Shown here: piece after piece, positions 1 to 12,428 of the stretch
How positions within the stretch are numbered: position 1 is the stretch's first letter
Layout: every line of letters starts with the position of its first letter
Origin: Dendrobates tinctorius
Lineage: Eukaryota
Reading direction: 5' to 3'
Assembly: GCF_039654945.1 (NCBI RefSeq)
Contig: NW_027361738.1
Span: 92,070,001 to 92,134,000, forward strand
Length of the DNA: 64,000 nt
Translations under genes and position numbers: made by a program
The notes under the pieces: generated by a model
The model's database searches: none
Seen by the model: only the letters and a program-made list of their open reading frames with translations
Told to the model about the DNA's origin: nothing

Positions 1-469
1 GTCTGTAATATACCTTGTGATATACAGAATCTTATCAGAGCAATATGCTTCTTCATCCACTTATGAGCCCTTTCTCATCCCCCCAACTCCTCAACTCAAC
101 ATTCACAATGAAATACACTCTAAGATAAATCTCAAAACAAGATCTAATTAGTTTCCAAGAGAAGTCTATACAGATGGAAAAGGGAGAAAAAAACTGGAGC
201 AAAGTGAAAGAAACAGAGGCATATACACATGAGCCATGCTGCTGCTTTCTAGTAGGTGTTTATTTCACGACAAAGCTGGAATCACAGCTTCACTGCTCGC
301 TACTGGTTATAATGTTCTCCAAGTTTCTGAACAAAAACTAAACATAGATAGGGAGGTAGGAAGCACTCATGCTTGTGTGTGCTGTGTATCGGAGACTATA
401 TGGCAGCTAGTTTGCATTCACCAGCTCAGAGACAACTAAAAATTATAAATGCAGACAGCATAAGGAAAA

Positions 470-570
470 CCACGCACCCCGACGCGCGTTTAGGAAGCAG
501 GTTCCTTCGTCGGGGTGGCGAAGGAACCTGAAGAAGGAACCTGCTTCTGAAACGCGCGTCGGGAAGTGTG
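470..570. ncRNA. Inverted pair of minimal hammerhead-ribozyme motifs (Penelope-like pLTR type)
   Basis: + strand: CTGAAGA (528-534), stem II AGGA/TTCT, GAAA (549-552), palindromic CGCGCG, TC (559-560). A degenerate inverted copy (CCGACGA...TAAACGCGCGTC) lies on the - strand at 477-515. Confidence 0.6.
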
Positions 571-1720
571 GTAGCACGATCAGGTGGCTCTTAAAGTTAT
601 ATTCCCCTTTTTCCATTTTTTGACACTTTAGCACTATGCACTTTTAGGATGCTGTCCTAAAGCAACTATATTAATTTTGACACTTGTGCACTTTTGTCCT
701 TGACCCTATTTTGTGGCTTTTTGATTCAACATTTTATATAAAAATATTTTTCCACTTCTTACTAATCATTGATACGTTATTGCATTGATCATATTTTTGC
801 ACATCGCTTAACACTTGTGCACATTATTTTTGCTCCTATTTGTAGCATTTCATGTGTCTTTATAACACTTTTTAGTGCTGACTTTTATGTATTTTTCACT
901 ATGTATTCACTTAATACATACAAAAAACAAAATAGGGCGCACTAGCTGTGCAATATAGCATATTATATATAGAGGACAGGTGCCGCAACAGTGGAAATAG
1001 TAGTCAAAACGAGGAGAAAAAGCACCACTGTATAAAAGCGCGCACTGAACCCATATAGTAATACTAGAAAATGTTTATTGATACAAAAGAGTTATACATA
1101 AAATCATGATAAAAACACGACAGGCATCACACATGTCTGCTCTTTACTACAGCTCTTAACCTTTTGGGGTGACGTATACATTGTCTGGCTTGATTATTTT
1201 TGGGTATTACCCTATCATAGGGTGTTCTATCTATTCTGGGGATTTGTCCCGGTGGCTTATTATGGCCTATGTACTTTCACCAGTCATTAGGGATGGATGC
1301 ATGTTCCATTTAATTATTGAACAGTATTAGGGCCCTTTGGTCCTCATGAGCCCAATAACAGGGAGGTTATGGATACATTGCTTTAGTTGGATTAGATTGT
1401 TATAGGCAATTATATTATATGCATCTTTGTGCGTTATATTTTATTGCCATGTATTGTGGGATGCCTGTCATGTTTTTATCATGATCTTATGTATAACTCT
1501 TTTGTATCAATAAACATTTTCTAGTATCACTATATGGGTTCAGTGTGCGTTTTATGTATTAATTGATTTATTTTTAATCATGTTTGTGATATCTTTTATC
1601 CACCATTTGCAATACAGTGATTATAAAAATATTTTTCGTGTATGATCTTGATACGGGCACATATCTATATTGTACCACTTTTTTGTCATTTTGCAATAAA
1701 CATATATTTTATTATATTTC
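470..1720. mobile_element. Penelope-like element remnant (pseudo-LTR fragments, inverted arrangement)
   Basis: Hammerhead motifs, T-rich tracts ending in AATAAA, and a ~95-bp inverted repeat (about 1040-1133 vs 1456-1550). No ORF. Confidence 0.45.
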
Positions 1721-1767
1721 CTGTCTGGGTATCTCCTGGTTTTCCATGATCTTGGGTCTTTAGTTAA

Positions 1768-2859
1768 TGCCCCTATGTACAAGAATGTAACTGATATAAT
1801 ACAGCCTCTATGTACAAGAATATACAGTAACTACTATAATACTGCCCCTATGTACAAGAATATAACTGATATAATACAGCCTCTATGTACAAGAATATAA
1901 CTGCTATAATACTGCTCCTATGTACAAGAATATAACTACTATAATACTGCCCCTATGTACAAGAATATAACTACTATAATACTGCCCCTATGTACAAGAA
2001 TATAACTACTATACTGCCCCTATGTACAAGAATATAACTACTATAATACTGCTCCTATGTACAAGAATATAACTACTATAATACTGCCCCTATGTACAAG
2101 AATAAAGCTACTATAATACTGCCCCTATGTACATGAATATAACTACTATAATACTGCCCCTATGTACAAGAATATAACTACTATAATACTGCCCCTATGT
2201 ACATGAATATAACTACTATAATACTGCCCCTATGTACAAGAATATAACTACTATAATAATGCTCCTATGTACATGAATATAACTACTATAATACTGCCCC
2301 CTATGTACAAGAATATAACTACTATAATACTGCTCCTATGTACAAGAATATAACTACTATAATACTGCTCCTATGTACAAGAATATAACCACTATAATAC
2401 TGCCCCTATGTACAAGAATATAACTACTATAATACTGCTCCTATATACAAGAATATAACTACTATAATACTGCCCCTATGTACAAGAATATAACTACTAT
2501 AATACTGCCCCTATGTACAAGAATATAACTACTATAATACTGCCCCTATGTACAAGAGTATAACTACTATAATACTGCTCCTGTGTACAAGAATATAACT
2601 ACTATAATACTGCCCCTCTGTACAAGAATATAACTACTATAATACTGCTCCTATGTACAAGAATATAACTACTATAATACTGCCCCTATGTACAAGAATA
2701 TAACTACTATAATACTGCCCCTCTGTACAAGAATATAACTACTATAATACTGCTCCTATGTACAAGAATATAACTACTATAATACTGCCCCTATATACAA
2801 GAATATAACTGCTATAATACTGCCCCTATGTACAAGAATATATCTACTATAATACTGCC
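1768..2859 (+). repeat. 35-bp minisatellite, left part (~31 units)
   Basis: Tandem ATAATACTGCCCCTATGTACAAGAATATAACTACT. Confidence 0.97.
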
Positions 2860-3557
2860 TCCTAGCTGTGAGGTTGTGTGTCTGTGGTTCTCCTCATGTC
2901 TGGAGCAAGCCCAGGGAGGGGCCACCCTGGGCTGGGAAGCTCCCCAAGCAAGGCCCAGGCTTCCAGGCCTACACTGGGAGGAAACTCCCATCCTTCTCAT
3001 GTGGATGGAAATCCCAGAGTTGCCTCTGCTGGAAAAAAACCTCAGAATGGAAGTCCCAGCAGCATGGAGAAAGATCCTGTGTTGAAGTTCAGCACAGGAA
3101 AGAAACAAGAGAAAGTTTTGTCTGTGTGCAAGGATGTTTCTGTTAAACAGTCGGCCAGTAAAGGCAAACAGTGTCCAGAGCCTGGAAGGAAATCCCAGAA
3201 GGCATCTTCTGCTGAGAACCTGAGTGCTGGAGGGCAGGTGGCTGCACAGAAGGTGAGGCAGAGTCCATCAGCAGCTTCAGGTGTGCAGCTCACTCCAGGC
3301 AGACAGAGACGGACATCTCTGGAGAAGCAAACACTCCAGGAGAACCTTCAGCTGGGACATGTGGTGACCAGCATGGCGAGCTCTGGACGCACGAGGTTGC
3401 AGGCTGGTGGCAGCGGTAAAAGTGTTGCGGATGCTGGAGCCACAAAACCAGCGACATTAAAAACCAACGTGTCAACCCCTAAAGCAAGACCCCAGAAGGA
3501 GCCGCGCGAGCCCCAGAGCTACAGCTGGCAGAGGAGATACCAGGACTGGTCAGGAGG

Positions 3558-5555
3558 ATGGGTGAGTTGCAGCAGCAGAGGAATCTTCTGCAAATGGAAA
3601 TTGACTGCATTTACAAGGTGAAGGCTGCTAATCCTGGGGATCACTCTGTATATGACCAGAGACTGAATGCACTGGGGGTAGAGCTGGCGACTGTGGTGCG
3701 GGACATAGACTGTGTGCTGGCGAGGATGGGACCCCTGGCAGAGACATATAGGAACCAGGAGCAGTTTAGGTCCTGCACGCAGGACTCTGCTGGTTCCCGC
3801 ACAGACATTGTCCCAGGTGCGACCCGGCAGCAGGTACGGCCGGTGCTGCAGCCCGCTAGCTTCTGTTTTAAGGAGGGTCAGATGCTACACCAGCAGCCGC
3901 AACTACCTGCGGCAGACCCCAAGCAGGAGCAAGAGGCTCAGATCCCAGCGTTACCACAAGTCCCAGCATGCCCAGCACAACAGCAACATAGTGGACATGA
4001 GACTGCATCTACTGTTGGAGCCCAGGAGAGCACTAATTCTGGGAATATTGATACTGTTCATGTGGGGTCGGGGGCTGAAGGGGGTACAGAGACTGTGGTG
4101 GACATTGCGCATCCTGATGATGCTATTGAGATTGATGATGATGATAATAATGTGCAAAATGTCTGTGATTTCCCCCCTTTGGTTTCCAGCACACAAGGTG
4201 CAACAGGCCCCTCCGCTGCAGACCCTCGCCCTGTCAGTCAGCCCAGTGTGGCCCCACAGGTCCCTCCCAGTAATGTTTGGAGCCGCGGCGCTCCGTCCTT
4301 TACCTCCGGCGCCAATTACACTGGGCAGGCTTTCAAAAGGAGGAATGTGGTGCGGTTCAGGCACAGAGGTGCCAAGGAGGATCTGCCGGACAGGAAGCTG
4401 GTGGTCAGGGAGCTTCTGTGCCGCCAGATGGGGTTTGCGTCGGTTAATATCTTGGCGGTCATAAATCTGCCAGACAGACAGGGCTATGATATCAGCTTTA
4501 AGCTTATGTCTGATCTGGACAGATTCTGGGCCAATTTCCCCAAGTTCAGGGACGCTGATGGCTGGAATAAGTTCAGCTTCATTCCAATATCTAAGCCGGA
4601 TACCGCCACGGTTAATATCATCTTTTGGAATGAGGCTGTTCCCCCGCAGGACATTGTGGTGTGGCTCCGGAGGCATTGTGACCTTGTCTCCGACCTCACC
4701 AAAAACAGGGATGAGGACGGTATATGGACCGGTGGATGGAAGGTGCTGGTGAAACTGCGCCAGCACAACAATATCACGGCTCACTTACCCAACTCCTTCT
4801 TTATCGGGAGGGAGAAGGGGGTTTGCTTCTACCCTGGGCAGCCACGAAAGTGTTTTAAGTGTGGTAAAGTGGGTCACCTGGCAAACACCTGTACCGTGGT
4901 AAAGTGCAGCCTGTGCGGGGAAGTTGGCCACTTAGCGGCAGATTGCCAGAACATCAAGTGCAATCTCTGTGGGGAGATCGGCCACCCTGACAGAGACTGT
5001 CCTGATGCCTGGCACAATATATGCAAGCTCCTTCCTGATGAGGAGTTAGTGACAGGGACAGAGGCTCAGGAGGAGGAGGCTTTAATGTCAGGGACAGTAC
5101 TGACCAGGTCAGAGGTCCACCAGGGGTCCGCTCAGGTAACATCAGAGCAGCTTTGTACAGAGGGGAGCATGGAGGTCGTCCCTCAGGTCCAGCAGCCACA
5201 TGTAGTCACCACTTCAGTATCACCATCTCTAGCTGAAGAAAGTGGCTGTAATCAGGTAAAAAGGAAAAAAAAGGACAAGGCCTCCCGTAAACCTGAGGAG
5301 GAGTATGTCACTAGCCAGGGTGGCAGGAAAAAAGTCCAGAGTTCGGCAGGTGTGATGGTCGTGTCCAATAAGTTTGATGTTTTGTCTGAGTCTGATGGGG
5401 ACTTGGAGGAAGAGATAAAAAGAATAGAGACTGAGTATGACAGGGACGTAGCGGACGATCCCCCTACAAAACGGAAGCCCGTACTTGCTGACACTGAGAT
5501 ACAGTCTGACATGGAGACCGGTGGTAGTCAGAACATCTGTGACCCAGACTTATGA
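3558..5555 (+). CDS. Tx1 ORF1 (ZCCHC3-like nucleic-acid-binding protein); probably extends upstream via a frameshift
   Basis: FYPGQPRKCFKCGKVGHLANTC, CSLCGEVGHLAADC, CNLCGEIGHPDRDC; N-terminal heptad-like segment. Confidence 0.85.
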   Translation: MGELQQQRNLLQMEIDCIYKVKAANPGDHSVYDQRLNALGVELATVVRDIDCVLARMGPLAETYRNQEQFRSCTQDSAGSRTDIVPGATRQQVRPVLQPASFCFKEGQMLHQQPQLPAADPKQEQEAQIPALPQVPACPAQQQHSGHETASTVGAQESTNSGNIDTVHVGSGAEGGTETVVDIAHPDDAIEIDDDDNNVQNVCDFPPLVSSTQGATGPSAADPRPVSQPSVAPQVPPSNVWSRGAPSFTSGANYTGQAFKRRNVVRFRHRGAKEDLPDRKLVVRELLCRQMGFASVNILAVINLPDRQGYDISFKLMSDLDRFWANFPKFRDADGWNKFSFIPISKPDTATVNIIFWNEAVPPQDIVVWLRRHCDLVSDLTKNRDEDGIWTGGWKVLVKLRQHNNITAHLPNSFFIGREKGVCFYPGQPRKCFKCGKVGHLANTCTVVKCSLCGEVGHLAADCQNIKCNLCGEIGHPDRDCPDAWHNICKLLPDEELVTGTEAQEEEALMSGTVLTRSEVHQGSAQVTSEQLCTEGSMEVVPQVQQPHVVTTSVSPSLAEESGCNQVKRKKKDKASRKPEEEYVTSQGGRKKVQSSAGVMVVSNKFDVLSESDGDLEEEIKRIETEYDRDVADDPPTKRKPVLADTEIQSDMETGGSQNICDPDL

Positions 5556-8500
5556 TGGCGGCTTTTACATCTCTGCTCCTCTGTTGTGGCATTGTGATGG
5601 CGGATTTCTCATTAAAAATAACATCCAGTAATGTGAACAGCATTAAGGTGAGGAGGACGAGGCACGCTGTCTATGACCATCTCCGATACCTGGACGCAGA
5701 TGTCCTCTTTCTGCAGGAGACGCGGCTGACGACTCAGGGGCTCATGAGGGAGGCTGAGAGGGAATGGCGGTCTGGTCCCTCTTTTTGGTCACTGGCTGTG
5801 GAGCCGTATGCCGGGGTCGCCATTCTGTTTAACACCAGGGATGTGACAGTACATTGGATGAAGGAGGTGGTTATGGGAAGGTGTCTGGTCCTGGAAGTCA
5901 CTGTCCATGGGAGGCGACTTAGGCTTATTAACATCTATGGGCCACAGACGGTGACTGACAGGATACAGTTATTTAATGATGTCAAGCCTTATCTGTTCAC
6001 CTCTCTTCCAGTGATAATGGCGGGGGACTTTAATGCCATACTGACATCAGGTAACAGCTCCTCAGGTAGAACCGTGACGAGGGATGGTAGGATCTTGAAT
6101 AACATAGTCCTGCAGGCCGGATTAGGGGACGTCTTTAAACGGGGAGGTCGAAAGCCAAAATTAACCTATTCCTGCTCCAATAGAGGCAGTAGAATAGATC
6201 TGGCTTTTGTAAGTCCCATGGAAGTCATTGGTGCCATGAGTGAGAGAGTCGTCCCATACTCAGACCATCTTGCCCTATATTTCTGCCTGGGGGCCACTAA
6301 GCGAGCTGATGTTGGTAGCGGGTTATGGAGACTCAATTCCAGCCTCCTCCATGATGTCTCTGTCCAGAGTTGTGTCCACTCCCTTTTGCAGGGTCATCTA
6401 CAGAGAGTGGACTTCTATGACAACATGGCCGACTGGTGGGAGGACGTCAAGGATGATATCAGATACCTCTTGAAGAGACTGTCAGTTAAGAAGGGCAGGA
6501 GTAAGTATAGCCAGTACCTAAGGCTGCGCAAAGAATTGGAGTCACTCTATTCGGAGGGCGGGGGTAACAAAGAGAAGATCGACCGGTTGAAATCTGAGAT
6601 AAGGCAGTATCAGTACAGCAGGTATACCTCCTTGGTTCTTGAACGGGATTATGGGGTCTTAGGGGCACCTGATCCTTTTGAGAATTGCCGGGAGCGGGTG
6701 GCCAATAAATTGGTCACAGGTCTCATTGACTCCCAGGGTGTATTGCAGGAATCTCGGGAGGGTATCCTGGGGGTTGTGAAATCTTATTATACTGACTTGT
6801 TTCAGAGGAAGGCTTTGGATAAACATAAAATGACTCAATTCTTGGAGGCAACTCCAACGCCTGATACTAATGATCTGGACTTTTCTCCTTTGACAGCAGA
6901 ATTAACGGTGGAGGAGGTTAAGGAGGCCATTGATAAGTTACATCTGAAGAAGGCACCAGGTCCGGATGGTATAACAGCAGAATTTTATAAGAAATTCAGA
7001 GACCTCCTGGCTCCAATTCTTGTGGATGTTTACAAAAATTGTCTAGAAAATCACCTGATGCCTCCATCCATGAGAGTGTCCTCATTAATTCTGCTGTCTA
7101 AAGGTAAGGAGCCGAGCGACATCAAGAACTGGAGGCCAATTGCCCTCTTGAATGTTGACAGGAAGATTCTGGCGAAGATCCTGTTTTCTAGGTTAGTCTG
7201 TTTGTCCTCGGCACTGTTGGTAGGCTCTCAGTTTGGCACAGTAAAAGGGCGGAACATCTCTGGAGCGGTCATCTCGATACGGGAGATGTTTGAGAGATGT
7301 AAAGCTCTGCGGTGTGGGAGATATGTTGTCAGTCTGGACCAGGCTAAAGCCTTTGACAGAGTTGATCATGATTATCTGTGGGCCACTTTGTCAAAGTACG
7401 GTATTCCAGGACAATTTGTGGATTGGCTGAAGACTTTGTACAGAGAGGCGGTGAGCTTTCCTCTGATTAATGGTTGGCAGGGTGGCACTTTTGCAGTTGA
7501 GGCGGGGGTGAGACAGGGCTGCCCGCTGAGTCCACTCCTGTATGGTTTTGCCATAGACCCGTTTCTGAGGTCACTGCAGGAGTGTAACTTTTGGGGGGTG
7601 CCGGTCCCCCACTGCTTGCCTCTGAAGGTGGTTGCCTACGCGGATGATGTGACGCTGGTGATATCTAATCCTCATGAGGTGCAGATGTTGTCTGCGGCCA
7701 TCAGAAGTTACTCAGAGGCCTCCGGGTCTCTGGTCAACCTTGAGAAGAGTCAAGCTCTGTGGACATTGCAATCTGACCCAGACTTTGATCTGCCGCAGTT
7801 TGTTAAGGCCTCCACCCATATTAAGGTCTTAGGGGTGAAATTTGGGAGGGAAGATAATGCCAGCCTAAATTGGGAGGAGAAATTGGAGACCGGAAATGCA
7901 AAGGTTCAGCGATGGAAGAACTGGAGGCTGACTTACAGAGAAAGGGTTGCTATGTTGAAGACTTACCTGGTCCCCGTCTTCTTGTATGTCTCTGTCATTT
8001 TTCCTTTGCCAGAATCCTTCTCGGCGAGGCTCCTCAGCCTGTTCTTCCAGCTCTTGTGGGGGAACAGGATGAACCTGATAAAGAGGGGAATAACGTACCT
8101 ACAGCGGAGTGAGGGCGGGCTGGATATGTTAAATCCAAGGGTTTTCTTTGACTCCTTGTTTCTGAAAGTAAATTTTGGGAGCATGGATTCAAACAGTAGC
8201 TCCCTGTGGGCGAATAGTATCAGGTATTGGATATTGCCTTTTGCGGAATCTTGGGTGCGAGGCGGCAGTCTCAAGAGGAGGAGATGGACAGGTGACCACC
8301 TCCCCCAGTATCTGGAATATGGTCTGAAGTGTGTCAGGAAGTGGGGACTGGATTAGTCCTACATTGAGAGTAATACGAGGAAAGATCTGTGTGCTCATAT
8401 ATGTAGGACTTTCTTCCACTCTCCACTGGCCCTAAGGGATTGTGCCACCAAGACTCTTCAGGACAGTCTCTGATTCCTCAACGGGAGGCGACTTCCAGCA

Positions 8501-8959
8501 AAGTTTTTTGACATTGCTTGGCTGTCGCTACATGGGAAACTCTTTGTGAGGGGGAACTTAAAATATTTAAGTGTTTCGGATCGGAACTGCCCCCTTGGTT
8601 TTCAGCAGGAGGAAACCATGGAGCATTTTATTTGTGATTGCTGGGGAGGTAGGGAAATATGGACGGAAGTATCGACCAAGCTGAAAATCCCCAGACTGCT
8701 GTCCCTGAAATACCCTGACATTATCTATGGAGTCCCATCCACTGAAGGTAACATCGACCGGGGGACAATGTACCTGATCATTACCACCATTAAGTATTAC
8801 CACTGGCACATGAGAACCCGAGTGTCTCTCCACAGCGAGCCCTTCCATCCCGTCACCGCAGCCACAAAGATACTGTCCGAGCTCAGATGGATAAGAGCGA
8901 TAGAGATAAAGAAAAGTCAGAGTAATGAGAAACTATGGAGGAATGTGTCTGTGGGATAA
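5552..8959 (+). pseudogene. Tx1 ORF2 (APE endonuclease + reverse transcriptase) with two in-frame stops
   Basis: FLQET, AGDFN, SRID, SDH (EN); APGPDG, WRPIALLN, GVRQGCPLSP, AYADD (RT). Stops TAG 8354-8356 and TGA 8471-8473; the same frame continues to CPLG...ETMEHFICDC and TAA at 8959. Confidence 0.9.
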
Positions 8960-9154
8960 TAACATGACCGTGTTACTAAAAGTGTTTATTTCATATTCTT
9001 CCTTCCACAGGAGTGAACTCTAAGTTACCTTTATTCCTAATGTATTAATTTTAGTTGTATAATTATTGTCTGATGCATTCATGAGAATTTGTTTTGTATT
9101 AAGGAAGAATTCTGTTTATTTTAATTGTATTTGTTGGTTTTATACAATAAAAAT

Positions 9155-11780
9155 TGCCCCCTATGTACAAGAATATAGCTACTATAATACTGCCCCTATG
9201 TACAAAAATATAACTACTATAATACTGCTCCTATGTACAAGAATATAACTACTATAATACTGACCCTATGTACAATATAACTACTATAATACTCCCCCTA
9301 TGTACAAGAATATAACTACTATAATACTGCCCCTATGTACAAGAATATAACTACTATAATACTCCCCCTATGTACAAGAATATAACTACTATAATACTCC
9401 CCCTATGTACAAGAATATAACTACTATAATACTGCCCCTATGTACAAGAATATAACTACTATAATACTGCCCCTATGTACAAGAATATAACTACTATAAT
9501 AATGCTCCTATGTACAAGAATATAACTACTATAATACTGCCCCTATGTACAAGAATATAACTACTATAATAATGCTCCTATGTACAAGAATATAACTACT
9601 TTAATACTACCCCTATGTACAAGAATATAACTACTATAATACTGCCCCTATGTACAAGAGTATAACTACTATAATACTGCTCCTGTGTACAAGAATATAA
9701 CTACTATAATACTGCCCCTCTGTACAAGAATATAACTACTATAATACTGCTCCTATGTACAAAAATATAACTACTATAATACTGCCCCTATGTACAAGAA
9801 TATAACTACTATAATACTGCCCCTATGTACAAGAATATAACTACTATAATACTGCTCCTATGTACAAGAATATAACTACTATAATACTGCCCCTATGTAC
9901 AAGAATATAACTACTATAATACTGCCCCTATGTACAAGAATATAACTACTATAATACTGCTCCTATGTACAAGAATATAACTACTATAATACTGCCCCTA
10001 TGTACAAGAATATAACTACTATAATACTGCCCCCTATGTACAAGAATATAACTACTATAATACTGCTCCTATGTACAAGAATATAACTACTATAATACTG
10101 CTTCTATGTACAAAAATATAACTGCTATAATACTGCCCCTATGTACAAGAATATAACTACTATAATACTGCTCCTATGTACAAGAATATAACTAATATAA
10201 TACTGCTCCTGTACAAAATATAACTACTATAATACTGCTCCCTATTTACAAAAATATAGCTACTATAATACTGCCACTATGTACAAGAATATAACTACTA
10301 TAATACTGCTCCCTATGTACAAGAATATAACTACTATAATACTGCCCCTATGGACAAAAATATAACTACTATAATACTGCCCCTATGTACAAGAATATAA
10401 CTACTATAATGCTGCCCCTATGTACAAGAATATAACTACTATAATACTACCCGTATGTACAATATAACTACTATAATACTGCCTCTATGTACAAGAATAT
10501 AACTACTATAATACTACCCCTATGTACAATATAACTACCATAATACCGCCCCTATGTACAAGAATATAACTACTATAATAATGCCCCTATGTACAAGAAT
10601 ATAACTACTATTATACTACCTCCTATGTACAATATAACTACTATAATGCTGCCCCTATGTACAAGAATATAACTACTATAATACTGACCCTATGTACAAT
10701 ATAACTACCATAATACCGCCCCTATGTACAAGAATATAACTACTATAATACTGCCCCTATGTACAAGAATATAACTACTATTATACTACCTCCTATGTAC
10801 AATATAACTACTATAATGCTGCCCCTATGTACAAGAATATAACTACTATAATACTGACCCTATGTACAATATAACTACTATAATGCTGCCCCTATGTACA
10901 AGAATATAACTACTATAATACTGACCCTATGTACAATATAACTACTATAATACTGCCCCTATGTACAAGAATATAACTACTATAATACTGCCCCTATGTA
11001 CAAGAATATAACTACTATAATACTGCTCCTATGTACAAGAATATAACTACTATAATACTGACCCTATGTACAATATAACTACTATAATACTCCCCCTATG
11101 TACAAGAATATAACTACTATAATACTGCCCCTATGTACAAGAATATAACTACTATAATACTCCCCCTATGTACAAGAATATAACTACTATAATACTCCCC
11201 CTATGTACAAGAATATAACTACTATAATACTGCCCCCTATGTACAAGAATATAACTACTATAATAATGCCCCTATGTACAAGAATATAACTACTATAATA
11301 CTCCCCCTATGTACAAGAATATAACTGCTATAATACTGCCCCCTATGTACAAGAATATAACTACTATAATACTGCCCCTATGTACAAGAATATAACTACT
11401 ATAATACTGCCCCTATGTACAAGAATATAACTACTATAATACTGACCCTATGTACAAGAATATAACTACTATAATACTGCCCCCTATGTACAAGAATATA
11501 ACTACTATAATACTGCTCCTATGTGCAAGAATATAACTACTATAATACTGCCCCTATGTACAAGAATATAACTACTATAATACTGCCCCCTATGTACAAG
11601 AATATAACTACTATAATACTGCTCCCTATGTACAAGAATATAACTACTATAATACTGCTCCTATGTACAAGAATATAACTACTATAATACTGTCCCCTAT
11701 GTACAAGAATATAACTACTATAATACTGCTCCCTATGTACAAGAATATAACTACTAGAACACTTGCCTCTGTGTACAAGA
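9155..11780 (+). repeat. 35-bp minisatellite, right part (~75 units)
   Basis: Same unit as 1768-2859, with some 32-bp deletion variants. Confidence 0.97.
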
Positions 11781-12428
11781 AAAAAATAGTTATAAATATT
11801 TTCTGCACTGTTTATTATTCCTTATTTTGAAGAAATTTCAAAGAAATCTATGTTTACATTTTCTATATCTAGATCTGTGATCTTGTTCCTCTTTGTGCTT
11901 CTTTTCCTCATTTCCTCTTCTCATGCACAATATTCTTTTCGATGTCTTATTATACTATGTCCCGTATGAAATGTACACTATAGAAGTTTTTGCCCAGTTA
12001 TGTGCACGGTTAGGCGACACATCATGTGTCATGTAATTAGGGGGTGCACTCACTGTCTCCCTAAAAACAGCTTGCAGGCTCCTGCTGTCTATTAGGCTGC
12101 CTGTAGGGGCTGATAAGGGGGCGCTTTATGATGAGTTTTCGGGAAGTGAAGGGGTTTATAGAATATTTTGCACCAGGTTTAATAATATAGAAAAGCCAAT
12201 GTCTTGCAATGTTTCAGGTCTCCACCTAGAAAACTGATTTTCAGCCGTCTATGAATAGTCCTGTGCATGAATAGCTGCTCTGTCAGTGTGTGTTCCCAGT
12301 CTGCAGTGAACACACCTACTCTACCAGTCAGTACTGCCTTTTCCTGGTCCCACTGTATATCTGTAGGGCGCCCAGCTGCTGCTCCAGAAGTTCTTCTCCC
12401 TTTGTTCTCCTCTCTTCTGCATCCCACT

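Larger units (their letters stand above)
2860..9154 (+). mobile_element. Tx1-type (L1 clade) non-LTR retrotransposon, near full length, inactivated
   Basis: ORF1 with 3 CCHC knuckles; ORF2 with APE endonuclease, RT and C-terminal Cys/His motif; T-rich 3' UTR with AATAAA at 9146. Flanked by the 35-bp minisatellite with an apparent TGCC duplication. Confidence 0.92.

Noticed and set aside
3712-4784. Alternative-frame and antisense ORFs within Tx1 ORF1 (and similar ones in Tc1 and L2)
   Set aside because: They are shadow ORFs of real coding sequence with no recognisable motifs.
1768-11780. CRISPR-like array around an RT gene
   Set aside because: Units are contiguous with no unique spacers, the context is eukaryotic, and the enzyme is a LINE ORF2.
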